Source: Candidatus Latescibacterota bacterium (lineage in GTDB: Bacteria; Latescibacterota; UBA2968; UBA8231). From it: DNA of 64,000 nt. The notes below the pieces were generated by a model that was not told the DNA's origin, made no database searches, and saw only the letters and a list, made by a program, of their open reading frames with translations. Both the position numbers and the translations under genes were made by a program. Location: contig OZ253462.1 of NCBI GenBank assembly GCA_965261395.1, forward strand, positions 1,280,001 to 1,344,000, in the 5' to 3' direction. Of this stretch, positions 49,476 through 58,572 are shown piece after piece (position 1 is the first letter of the stretch; each line of letters opens with the position of its first letter).

Positions 49476-49901
49476 GTGGGACATAAAAATAAAGATGAAC
49501 AGACCTTCTTTCCCATTTATGATTTCCAACGGATCTGAGTCCCAGTGCCATCCCGTCGGAATATTCCACATATCGGGGGATTCAGGCATCGTGTGGAGCA
49601 AGGTGCCCCAGTGGGTGGGTGATTTCCAGCTAGGACCTAGGAGCTGGGTGATCGCATATGTGATCTTCTGGTCGCCAATATTCCAAAGGTCTCGGTTCGC
49701 TTGCAGTATCTTGATGAGTCCTTTTGTCGGGCGATTCCAGGTTGAGGAATCTTCGCGATCGAAGCCGTATCTCTGCTCAAGTATTTCCCATATGTACGTC
49801 ATCACGCGGTGCGTAAGTGTGCGATCAAAAGCCGATTCGAGGCGGACGTACCCGTTCAGATGGAAGCGTTCAATGTCCTCTTGAGAGAGAATTTGATTCA
49901 T
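49470..49901 (-). pseudogene. Truncated PhyH-family dioxygenase (cassette 3)
   Basis: LSQEDIERFHLNGYVRLESAF..WHWD..LFIFIFMSHV then runs into attC3; C-terminal half absent. Confidence 0.75.
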
Positions 49902-49931
49902 CGATGAAGTCACATTTCCTTGGGTATTTTC

Positions 49932-50021
49932 GGCTAACGTCTTCACGATTTGCGAACCCGCGCAGCGGGTTGGCGTAGCCCAAGGCGCGTATGCGCCGCA
50001 GCGCAAAACGCTGTGTTAGAT
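49932..50021 (-). other. Integron attC site (attC2)
   Basis: Minus strand ATCTAAC...GTTAGCC, inner arms CGTTTTGCG/CGCAAATCG, two internal hairpins. Confidence 0.85.
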
Positions 50022-50344
50022 GAAGTGAAGTCTTCATCCTTATATCACAAAATTATTAGCCTATTGCGTAATCACCATTTGATACCAAATCAAGTTGAGG
50101 CATTCTGTCTACTATCAGAGTTTGAGTTATCATATACTCCAACGCTTCAGAGTCACTATTGAAATATTCACTTTCTTTCTCCTGAACGATATCTCCAATA
50201 TCGTCATATATCCAGTGAAAAAAGCCATCGGTTAATTCCACTTTTTTACCTTCAAAAAACAGACATACATTAACTTGCCTCTGATTGGAACGGCCTGTTA
50301 TTTGAGGGAGAAAGCTGATTACAGCACTAATGCGATGGCCTTTA

Positions 50345-51276
50345 GAAGCCGTCTGAAAACTATATTTTTTCTATTTGATCCGTTTGAGCAGCAAGTGGAT
50401 CATAGCAATCTGGATCAAGGCTTCGCTATGGTGGGTCAACACCTCATAATCTCGGGCATGTCGGCGAAAATTCATCAACCACGCAAACGTGCGCTCGACG
50501 ACCCAACGGCGTGGTAACACCTCAAAGCCGGGGCCTTGTTTGGCGACGACTTCCAAGTCTATTTTGTGCGTCTTTTTTACGTTAGCCACCCACGTTCGGA
50601 TCGGATCGCCTCGATAGCCGCCATCGCCCCACAGTTTGCGTAACCGGGCTACGCCGGAGGCCCCCAAGCGGGTCAACACCTGCTTGAGGCCGTCCCGATC
50701 CTCTACATCGGCGGCGGTGACCACCACCTGTCTAAGCAAGCCCGAGGTGTCGACCAACAGATGACGCTTGCGCCCCTTGACCTTTTTTCCGGCGTCATAA
50801 CCGGTTGTTTTACCATGGGTTGCCGTCTTGATCGTCTGACTATCGACTACGCCAGCCGACGGCGTTGGAGCCCGTCCGTTGAGGCGGCGTTCCCGCTGGG
50901 TGAGTCGATCCAATACCTGCGGCCAGACCCCTTGTAGACTCCAGCGACGAAAGTAATCATACACCGTTTTCCACGGTCCAAAACAAGAAGGCAACAAAGC
51001 CCAAGGACAACCGGTCTTGGTCAGATACAAAAGGCCGTTGACGATCTGGCGTCGATCCCGCGGTGGCCGACCCGGACCGTTCGGCTGCCATGTCGAAGCC
51101 GGCAGCAACGGTTCGATCCGACGCCATTGCACATCGGTTACATCGGTGGCATATTGCCTACTAGGCGTACTCATCATACGAGCCTTTCTGTTCAGATTTT
51201 GTCGCGAAACCTGAATATGGCTCGATGAGTACGCCGATTCAAATACCGGCTACAGCAAGGGTTTTCAGACGGCTTC
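50345..51276 (-). mobile_element. IS5 family element (IS1031-like), relative of 38634..39563
   Basis: Same 16-bp TIR GAAGCCGTCTGAAAAC; TTA target duplication at 50342-44 and 51277-79. Confidence 0.95.
50371..51177 (-). CDS. IS5 family transposase (268 aa)
   Basis: Closely similar but not identical to 38736..39539; DDE motifs intact. Confidence 0.95.
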   Translation of the reverse strand: MMSTPSRQYATDVTDVQWRRIEPLLPASTWQPNGPGRPPRDRRQIVNGLLYLTKTGCPWALLPSCFGPWKTVYDYFRRWSLQGVWPQVLDRLTQRERRLNGRAPTPSAGVVDSQTIKTATHGKTTGYDAGKKVKGRKRHLLVDTSGLLRQVVVTAADVEDRDGLKQVLTRLGASGVARLRKLWGDGGYRGDPIRTWVANVKKTHKIDLEVVAKQGPGFEVLPRRWVVERTFAWLMNFRRHARDYEVLTHHSEALIQIAMIHLLLKRIK

Positions 51277-51386
51277 TTAGCAGTGGTGTTGTATACCTCC
51301 ACATATCCGACTCCTTTTTGGCCTCTTTCTGATGCTCGTTCCCATTCATAATTCATTGTATTTTCTCCATATTTACGGAATTGCCA

Positions 51387-52043
51387 TTATTTGGTCATAG
51401 AAGACTCTGTATTCGACTGGATCATTTCGGCTATTGTAGCCCATTCTTGATATAGTTCGGTTAAGTTTAACCTTTCTAACGTTTCATCTTTTTTATATTT
51501 ATGATGCTCGTCAGGATCACCAAATGTCATCTTACTTAGGTCCTTCTCAAAAAAATCGAATGCAATTTTCTCTAGTTGGTGCGCCATATCGATAAAGTCT
51601 GACCGAATGATACGACCAATCTCAGGAAATAGATCGGCAGGGGCTGGCCCGATAAGCATAGATAGGTTTAGCGTATAGTCTTGTATAAAATTGAGTTCAC
51701 GGCTTACAGGCTTTGTTAGCCACGCAGAATAGGTCGCAGCCACTTCTCTATGCTGAATATGCCAAGAGTAAAATTCCTCAGGACTCATGAAGAACTGTGG
51801 CGTTCGGGCAAGTTCTGATTCAGACTCCTGATACTCCAACGACCTCATATGTCTCATTGGAGCAACCAGCTTAAAAATTGCCTCATGGGCTTCGATTCGC
51901 CGATCCAGCACCTTTTCCCGTAGCCGAAGTTGCAACTCCTTCTCTTTTAATCTTGAATTTGCAAAGAAGGTGAACATTGAGCCCAACAAAACTCCTCCAA
52001 GGGCGAATACGGCGGTTATATTCTTCGCTAGAAGTTCATACAT
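51387..52043 (-). CDS. Hypothetical protein with N-terminal TM helix (cassette 2, first gene)
   Basis: AT-rich ORF; ITAVFALGGVLLGSMFTFFA followed by a coiled-coil-like charged helix. Confidence 0.75.
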   Translation of the reverse strand: MYELLAKNITAVFALGGVLLGSMFTFFANSRLKEKELQLRLREKVLDRRIEAHEAIFKLVAPMRHMRSLEYQESESELARTPQFFMSPEEFYSWHIQHREVAATYSAWLTKPVSRELNFIQDYTLNLSMLIGPAPADLFPEIGRIIRSDFIDMAHQLEKIAFDFFEKDLSKMTFGDPDEHHKYKKDETLERLNLTELYQEWATIAEMIQSNTESSMTK

Positions 52044-52120
52044 AACCCATAAACCTGTTCGTTCATAGAATGGTGTTCTTATGGCAATTTATCTGTGTAG
52101 ATCTTTATTTTTTTTATTTC

Positions 52121-52205
52121 ATCTAACGGGCTGCCCGCTCACGAACTCGCGTAGCGAGTTGGGCGGAGGCCCGAATGGGCTGTAGCCGTGGGCGGGTTGT
52201 TAGAG
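52121..52205 (-). other. Integron attC site (attC1)
   Basis: Minus strand CTCTAAC...GTTAGAT, inner arms CCCGCCCACG/CGTGAGCGGG, internal hairpins; 36 bp after stop of 52242..54257. Confidence 0.88.
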
Positions 52206-52241
52206 GATGTGGGACAATTTAGGGCGATGTCTAAGAGAAGA

Positions 52242-54257
52242 TCATATCCCTAGCTTATGAAAGAAAATTTGATTACGCATTTTTGCATCTTTTAGCACTT
52301 TATCCCAACTAATCACTTCTATATAGAGCTTTGTATTTTCGTGCCAATTAAACCAGCCTAAACGATCGGGCATAGGTTTGAAATCCTTTTCTCGCCTAAG
52401 CCATTCTTCAACCTTAGGAGTTAAATCACAAACAACATATCCATAGAATGGGGTATTTTCCTCGACCAGCATTTTACGACCTTCAGGTGTCTTATATTTC
52501 CCATCGCGAATATTGTTAACGTAGCGAATGACTTGCTGGACCGGATCTTCTTTTGAAGATGGATTTACAAAATCATCTCTCTCCGGTTTTTTAAATTCAA
52601 AAATTGTTACAGGATTACTTGCTTCATTATCTCCACGGAAGAGGATACGCTTATTATAAACAAGAAGGTCAGGACGCTCGGAACCTTTGCCATTAAGCGG
52701 CAGATCGGATGATACATAGTTCGTGAAGTTCAGGCGTTCATCTATGATCCAGAGATTGTGATCTTCGAATGAAGTGACATCTGTGTCACCTTTTCGCGGA
52801 AAAATAACATCATGAACTATGCCCTCAGATGAATATTCCCCAGATTCGTCTACCTGAAGGCTTTTTCCAAAGATGTCTAGGATATTACGTCGAAGTGCAA
52901 TGTAGTGGATCAAGTCATTCTTGCTATTTCCTGATATTTTGCTGACGATTTCTGCGACATCTTTCTGTCGAGCTTCTAGATTTCCTTCCTTGTTTAGGAG
53001 TTGCGTGACATCTTTCTTCAGTTGCGTCTCTTGTCTGAATTTTTCTTGGTGTAAACGACTTTCAATCTCTTCGTTCGATGGATTGTAGGGCATCTTAGCC
53101 AAGTCTATAGCCTCAAGTATGTCCTTATGCCACGGCGCTTCTTCTTCCACATATGCCTGGACACTTACCCTCTTCTTTTCTTGACGAATAGCAACGTCTG
53201 AACCAACCGCATTCTTGGCGATTTCAGCAGATCTCGCTTCAATCTCGATCTGTGATATACCGAATTGAAGATCCCTGTCCATTTGGAATTCGAAGCTGCC
53301 ACGCTCTAGCGATACATTATTGTCTAAGTAAGAGCTGAATACGTAGGCTTTTACAATATAATTTCTGTCACGATTGACTTCTCCATTGCCATTATTATCG
53401 TAAAAATCTTCGCTGAACTCTGGTATGTATTTGTCTATAACCGATCCAGACACCTCTCTCTTATGTGCGACGAGGCTAATTCTGCTTCTCTGATTCCTTG
53501 GATAATACAATTTAAAAACTCTAACGATAAACTCTTCTATCGTTTCGTCATTATTACTGCTTTGCAGTGTGAAGGTGCTTTCTGATACTGGAACTTCTTC
53601 AATGACAGACGACAATTCGTTATTGAAGAAATCATTAAGTCGAATTGAGCCTGACCTGTCTTCCTCAGACAATATCACCTCAGGACAGATATAGTCTTGA
53701 GTGATAAAGTATGGGAGAAGTTTCTCGACGATATTTCTGGCTATCGTATTGAGTCTTTTGTCAATTGATCTTCCTTTTTTGAGATTTTTCAGATGAATGA
53801 TAGTTCGTGATGCTTTATCTGAGGAGTCTGATATTTTTTCATTAATGATAATATCAGTATCCTTACCCATGTCGAATGCGCGATGCTTGTAAATGCCATT
53901 GTCTTGGTATACGCTTTCCACATGGAGGTCATCAAAATATTTCAGGCAAGTAAATCGACCAAACCCTTTACCACCATCCTCGATTCTAAGGTCTGTATAT
54001 AATGTATCAAATGACCATCGATTTTCGTCTGTGAAGCCGATGCCATTATCGACTATTTCAAAACTACGGACATCTGACAAAGAACCATCCATTTCAAGCT
54101 GCTCAGACCGGAGAACTTTTATTTCAATTTTTCCATCTTGGCCGCCGCGGCTTTCAATTGCCTGTATTGCATTGACAACAACCTCAACAATCGATGTATA
54201 AACAGTCGTATTCGCTCTGATATTTTCAACCGCTCTCTTGATATTTACTTTGCTCAT
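52242..54257 (-). CDS. GHKL (HATPase_c/MORC-like) ATPase fused to C-terminal PD-(D/E)XK-like nuclease domain
   Basis: EVVVNAIQA, DNGIGF, GGKGFGR GHKL motifs; ERPDLLVY..IFEFKKP nuclease-like motif; AT-rich. Confidence 0.8.
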   Translation of the reverse strand: MSKVNIKRAVENIRANTTVYTSIVEVVVNAIQAIESRGGQDGKIEIKVLRSEQLEMDGSLSDVRSFEIVDNGIGFTDENRWSFDTLYTDLRIEDGGKGFGRFTCLKYFDDLHVESVYQDNGIYKHRAFDMGKDTDIIINEKISDSSDKASRTIIHLKNLKKGRSIDKRLNTIARNIVEKLLPYFITQDYICPEVILSEEDRSGSIRLNDFFNNELSSVIEEVPVSESTFTLQSSNNDETIEEFIVRVFKLYYPRNQRSRISLVAHKREVSGSVIDKYIPEFSEDFYDNNGNGEVNRDRNYIVKAYVFSSYLDNNVSLERGSFEFQMDRDLQFGISQIEIEARSAEIAKNAVGSDVAIRQEKKRVSVQAYVEEEAPWHKDILEAIDLAKMPYNPSNEEIESRLHQEKFRQETQLKKDVTQLLNKEGNLEARQKDVAEIVSKISGNSKNDLIHYIALRRNILDIFGKSLQVDESGEYSSEGIVHDVIFPRKGDTDVTSFEDHNLWIIDERLNFTNYVSSDLPLNGKGSERPDLLVYNKRILFRGDNEASNPVTIFEFKKPERDDFVNPSSKEDPVQQVIRYVNNIRDGKYKTPEGRKMLVEENTPFYGYVVCDLTPKVEEWLRREKDFKPMPDRLGWFNWHENTKLYIEVISWDKVLKDAKMRNQIFFHKLGI

Positions 54258-54352
54258 AGCAGACCTACTTTCTTAAATCGATATTGATGTGCTAAGAGAT
54301 TTCTTGTGCCATGACGCCGCTGCTTACAGCTAAGACATGCGGCTTCCCATGT

Positions 54353-54419
54353 CCTCTAACTACTGTATTCCCGACGTACGTCGTCTAACTCACTTAAAGT
54401 AAGGGGTTAGACGACGTAC
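54353..54419 (-). other. attI-like array start site
   Basis: GTTAGAGG core at 54360-54353 matching R'' of attC1; adjacent 14-bp inverted repeat GTACGTCGTCTAAC/GTTAGACGACGTAC containing extra core sites. Confidence 0.6.
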
Positions 54420-54579
54420 ATCAAAGACTGATTTCTGGCCCCGTAGAATTCGCAAGCATTTATCTGTCAGTAATCTTAAAATTATGTTCGCATAAGTCCC
54501 ACCCGATAGCGCTCCTTGGCCAGGCGCAGATTCTCCTACGCCAGTTCCACTGTGCGCTGAGAAACAAAAACAAGAGGAT

Positions 54580-54610
54580 AAAAAGAAAGCCCCTGAAAAG
54601 TCAGGGGCTT
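54580..54610 (-). terminator. Intrinsic terminator after tRNA-Val
   Basis: AAGCCCCTGA-CTTT-TCAGGGGCTT followed by TCTTTT on minus strand. Confidence 0.85.
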
Positions 54611-54616
54611 AGAAGA

Positions 54617-54693
54617 TGGTGGGCGATACTAGACTTGAACTAGTGACCTCCTGCATGTCAAGCAGGCGCTCTAGCCAGCTGAGCTAATCGCCC
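54617..54693 (-). tRNA. tRNA-Val(GAC)
   Basis: GGGCGATTAGCTCAGCTGGCTAGAGCGCCTGCTTGACATGCAGGAGGTCACTAGTTCAAGTCTAGTATCGCCCACCA; cloverleaf, encoded CCA. Confidence 0.97.
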
Positions 54694-54774
54694 TCGTGTT
54701 GCCTAATTGCAGACGGGTTAATAATATATCCCAGCATACCAACTGCGTCAAGATTGCGCCAAGAGGAGAGCAAA

Positions 54775-55827
54775 ATGCCTACTACCTACCGAGTTGGACT
54801 CATCGGCTGCGGGCGCATGGGCGCCACTATTGACGACGAAGTCAAAGGCGGCCCCAATGCCCAGCTCTTTCTGCCGTATTCGCACGCCGCGGCCATCGTC
54901 GCCTGCGAGCGCATGGAATTGATCGCTGTCTGCGATCCGATTGAGGAGAAGGTCGAACGCATCCGCGACCGCTACGGTGCCCAGCGAGCCTATGCCGATT
55001 ACAGGGAAATGATCGAGCGCGAAAACCTCGACGTGGTCAGCATTGCCACCCGACCGGGGCCGCACGCCGAGCAGGTGATTTTCGCCGCCGAAGCTGGCGT
55101 CAAAGGGATCTACTGCGAGAAGTCGCTGTGCAACGCCGTGCACGAGATGGACGCCATGCTGCAAGCCTGCATGCCGCGGGGCGTCAAATTCAACTACGGC
55201 ACGCAGCGGCGTTATGCCGCGCTCTATCGCGATGCGCGCGCCATGATCGAGCGCGGCGACATCGGCGAGGTACAGGCGGTCGTGGCAAACTGCGGGATCA
55301 GCGTGGCGCAATGGGGGCACACGCACGCGGCCGACATGATGCTCTTTTTTGCGCTGGACTCGGAGGCGGAATTCGCGCAAGGGACAGTACAGGCAGAGGC
55401 CGCAGATTGGGAGGGCGACCGGCTGACCATAGATCCGCGGATTAGCAATGGATACGTAAAGTTCAAAAACGAGATCCACGCGTACTTAGTGGGCACGCCC
55501 GGCTGGGAATTTGAGATCAGTGGCACCGAGGGTCAGCTACGCACCCTGAGCAATGGGATGGGCTATAGCCTGCGCAAGAAAGACGAGCACGGGGAATTGC
55601 GCCCGGTAGCCGCACCCGAAGCTGTCATTGAGAGCGGCACGCTGCGCGGAATGGAGGACATCGTCCGGGCACTCGACGACGACGGCGATACCCAAGGCAA
55701 TCTGCCGCTCGCCTGTCGCAGCCAAGAGCTAATCTTCGCGATCGTCGAGTCGCATCGGCAAGGCGGGGCACGGGTGGCCTTGCCGCTGGAGAACCGGGCC
55801 TTGTCGATTGCTCCAGATCACTACTAG
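54775..55827 (+). CDS. Gfo/Idh/MocA family oxidoreductase
   Basis: RVGLIGCGRMG, LDVVSIAT, IYCEKS; GAGGAG RBS. Confidence 0.92.
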   Translation: MPTTYRVGLIGCGRMGATIDDEVKGGPNAQLFLPYSHAAAIVACERMELIAVCDPIEEKVERIRDRYGAQRAYADYREMIERENLDVVSIATRPGPHAEQVIFAAEAGVKGIYCEKSLCNAVHEMDAMLQACMPRGVKFNYGTQRRYAALYRDARAMIERGDIGEVQAVVANCGISVAQWGHTHAADMMLFFALDSEAEFAQGTVQAEAADWEGDRLTIDPRISNGYVKFKNEIHAYLVGTPGWEFEISGTEGQLRTLSNGMGYSLRKKDEHGELRPVAAPEAVIESGTLRGMEDIVRALDDDGDTQGNLPLACRSQELIFAIVESHRQGGARVALPLENRALSIAPDHY

Positions 55828-55832
55828 CGCCG

Positions 55833-56255
55833 ATGCAGATCAGCGTTGTCTCCTACGAGAAGCATCGCAACTCAGCGCTAGAAGCCGCCGAGCAGGAGTA
55901 TATCAAGCGGCTCTCGCGACAGGCACGGATTGCGCTCTGCCCAGGCAAAGCACGGGGCGGCTTGCCCGACCGGCTGTTGAAAGGGACGTATGTCGTAGGT
56001 CTGTACGTGGAAGGAGAGCCGTTCACCTCTGAGCAGTTGGCGCAACGGCTCCAGCGGCTCATGAACCAAGGTCAATCGCATCTAGTGTTGGTAATAGGAG
56101 GGGCCGAGGGAATGCCGACGGGGGTAGCATCTCAACTACAAGAGCAGTGGTCGCTGTCGTCGCTGACTTTTTCCCACCAGCTAGCGCGCCTGCTGTTGTT
56201 GGAAGCCCTGTATCGGTCCTTTGACATTTTAAGCGGCGGACGGTACCACAAATAG
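55833..56255 (+). CDS. rlmH: 23S rRNA (pseudouridine1915-N3)-methyltransferase
   Basis: SPOUT motifs VIGGAEG, SLSSLTFSHQLARLLLLEALYR, terminal YHK. Confidence 0.9.
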   Translation: MQISVVSYEKHRNSALEAAEQEYIKRLSRQARIALCPGKARGGLPDRLLKGTYVVGLYVEGEPFTSEQLAQRLQRLMNQGQSHLVLVIGGAEGMPTGVASQLQEQWSLSSLTFSHQLARLLLLEALYRSFDILSGGRYHK

Positions 56256-56264
56256 CCGCGCTGC

Positions 56265-57395
56265 TTAGAAGTACGTCATTAGCTTGTCCCAAAGCCCCAT
56301 GCGGCCGATGCTCTTTTCAGCGTGGATGGACACCACGGCGAGCAGGCTATCGCCCAGCGAGACCTTCAGCTTGCCCAGTTCGTCGCCGGCAGCGACCGGT
56401 GCTGTCAATTCCTCGGGCAGCTCTAGACGGCGGACGATCCGTTCCTCCTGTTCGGGAGTGAGCACGGCGACTACGGTGTCTTGGGCCAAGACGCGCACCT
56501 CTGGCTCTATGCCCCAGTCGAGCACGACCTTGCCCATCAGTTCGCCGGTTTTGACGATGGGCACGCGCGAGAAGTTATTAAAGCCCCAGCTTAGCAAGCG
56601 GCGGGTCTCTCGGTTGCGGACGCTCGTGGAGGAGGCCCCCAATATCACAGAGATTAGGCGCATGTTGTGGCGCGTGGCCGTGGAAACAAGGCAGGAGCCG
56701 GCGCGCCGCGTATAGCCGGTTTTTAGCCCGTCAAGCCCTTGGAACCGTCCCAGCAACCTGTTGGTGGCGCGGAGCATGAACTTGCCGTTGCGAAAGGGCT
56801 TGCGGCGGGTGGACGACCATTGCAGCACCTCCGGATGCTGGGCCAAGAGCACGCGGGCGATTTTGGAGAGATCGCGGACCGTGCTTAGGTTGCCCTTGCC
56901 GACCGGCGTGTTGTCGAGGCCGTGGACATTAACGCAGCGCGTGTCCTGCATCCCGAGGCTTTGGGCGCGCTCGTTCATCAGATCGACAAAGCTGGCGGTC
57001 GAGCCGGTGATGTGCTCGGCAATTGCCACGCAGGCATCGTTGGCCGAGGCAATTGCCACGGCCTCCATCAGCTCCTCCAGCGTAAAGACCTCGCCCCGCT
57101 TCAAGAAAACCTGAGAACCGCCGGTGCGCGCAGCGCGACGAGAGACCGAGACCGAGTCCTCTAGCGAGATTTTGCCAGCTTTGATCAATTCTAGGACTAC
57201 TAGTTCAAGCACCAACTTTTGGGTGCTGGCGGGCGAGCGCTGCAAGTCTGGGTGGTGGGCAAAGAGCACGGTACCGCTTTCGGCTTCGAGCAAGATGGCA
57301 GCGGCATACGACGGCTTCGGGCCGGGGTCGAAGACGGCAGCTTGAAGCGGTACCCAGGACAAACATATAGCGACACACAGTGAATGAATGTGCAT
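56265..57395 (-). CDS. dacA: D-alanyl-D-alanine carboxypeptidase (peptidase S11, PBP5/6)
   Basis: PASTQK (SxxK), SAND (SxN), NVHGL, GLKTGYT. Confidence 0.92.
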   Translation of the reverse strand: MHIHSLCVAICLSWVPLQAAVFDPGPKPSYAAAILLEAESGTVLFAHHPDLQRSPASTQKLVLELVVLELIKAGKISLEDSVSVSRRAARTGGSQVFLKRGEVFTLEELMEAVAIASANDACVAIAEHITGSTASFVDLMNERAQSLGMQDTRCVNVHGLDNTPVGKGNLSTVRDLSKIARVLLAQHPEVLQWSSTRRKPFRNGKFMLRATNRLLGRFQGLDGLKTGYTRRAGSCLVSTATRHNMRLISVILGASSTSVRNRETRRLLSWGFNNFSRVPIVKTGELMGKVVLDWGIEPEVRVLAQDTVVAVLTPEQEERIVRRLELPEELTAPVAAGDELGKLKVSLGDSLLAVVSIHAEKSIGRMGLWDKLMTYF

Positions 57396-57588
57396 TGTTT
57401 CTCTCGCTCAAAAAGCCAAAGGGAATTACAAGGGATGGGCCTAAATGTAATAATTAAGACATGTTAGGTCAATCAAGATGTTGCACCGCCCATTCGGGCG
57501 ACGAGAGGGGCGGTACACCACCTTTTGGTCGGCGAGTGCTTGCTTACGAAAGCCAGCAGCGTAATTTTAGTTCCAGAAAGGACGACAT

Positions 57589-58572
57589 ATGACTACGGCA
57601 ACCATACCTCAACTCACGTACAGCGGCAAGCCGATCGCCATGGATCAGGTAGGTGAGCTCCGCCGCTCGGACGATATAACCGACGATCGGGACGCACTCT
57701 GGGAGCGGATGGAAGAAGATGGGTATTTGTTTTTGCCTGGATATTTGGATCGACGCGAAGTGTTGGCGGCGCGGGCAGCATTGTGCGATCGCCTCTTCAA
57801 GTCCGGGGTGCTAGACCCGGCACGTCCGCCGATGGAAGGCGTAGTGGCCACGGACAAGACGATCAATCCAGCGGCCACTGGCCCGTTTATGCCAGTCTTA
57901 GCACGAGACAATCCGCCGCTGGACCAGGTCCTCTACGACGGTCCGATGATGGCTTTTTACGAATTCTTCTTAGGTGGGCCTGTCCGGCACTACGACTATA
58001 CTTGGTTCCGCGCCAAGCAGCCGGGCACTAACACGGCGACGACCCCGCATTGCGACATCGTCTATATGGGCCGAGGGACCAAGGCGCTCTATACGTCGTG
58101 GACGCCCTTCAGCGATGTGCCCTACGAAATGGGGGGGCTGATGGTGTTGGAGGGATCGCACAAGAACCAAGCCCTGAAACAAGGCTACGGCCAGACCGAT
58201 GTGGATGCGTTTTGCGAAAACGACGGCCCCACAGCGGGCCAAATCGTCGCGGTCGCTCAGCAACAGGGCCGCGAGCTGACCCAAGAAGAACGCGAGCAAA
58301 TTCGCTGGAACTCGTCCGGGGCCTACTCGCACGACGCGATTGCCGTGCGCGAGGAGCTACAGAGCCGCTGGCTGACGGCCGAGTACCAGATGGGAGATTT
58401 GCTGGTCTTCTGCATGTATATGTTGCACGCCAGCTCAGACAACCAGACGGACCGCATTCGCCTCTCTTCCGATACGCGCTACCAGCGTTCACACGAGCCA
58501 ATAGACGAGCGCTGGATCGGCGACGACCCACCCGCGCACGGTATCCGCGCCAAGCGGGGCATGGTGTGCTGA
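57589..58572 (+). CDS. PhyH-family Fe/2OG dioxygenase
   Basis: EDGYLFL, PHCD (HxD), GGLMVLEGSH, GDLLVF..LHAS..RLSSDTRY. Confidence 0.9.
   Translation: MTTATIPQLTYSGKPIAMDQVGELRRSDDITDDRDALWERMEEDGYLFLPGYLDRREVLAARAALCDRLFKSGVLDPARPPMEGVVATDKTINPAATGPFMPVLARDNPPLDQVLYDGPMMAFYEFFLGGPVRHYDYTWFRAKQPGTNTATTPHCDIVYMGRGTKALYTSWTPFSDVPYEMGGLMVLEGSHKNQALKQGYGQTDVDAFCENDGPTAGQIVAVAQQQGRELTQEEREQIRWNSSGAYSHDAIAVREELQSRWLTAEYQMGDLLVFCMYMLHASSDNQTDRIRLSSDTRYQRSHEPIDERWIGDDPPAHGIRAKRGMVC

Larger units (their letters stand above)
50056..51356 (-). pseudogene. ~121-aa hypothetical gene interrupted by IS5
   Basis: Removing the IS and one TTA restores an open frame MNYEWERASERGQKGVGYVEVYNTTAK|GHRISAVISF...GDYAIG*; GGAG RBS. 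Confidence 0.85.

Noticed and set aside
54465-54500. dif/Xer- or LexA-like site (TTATGTTCGCATAA)
   Set aside because: Only a partial match; second arm and spacing do not fit
54617-54640. tRNA-Val 3'-end duplication marking a classical integrative island
   Set aside because: No second copy noticed by eye and no tyrosine or serine integrase in the window
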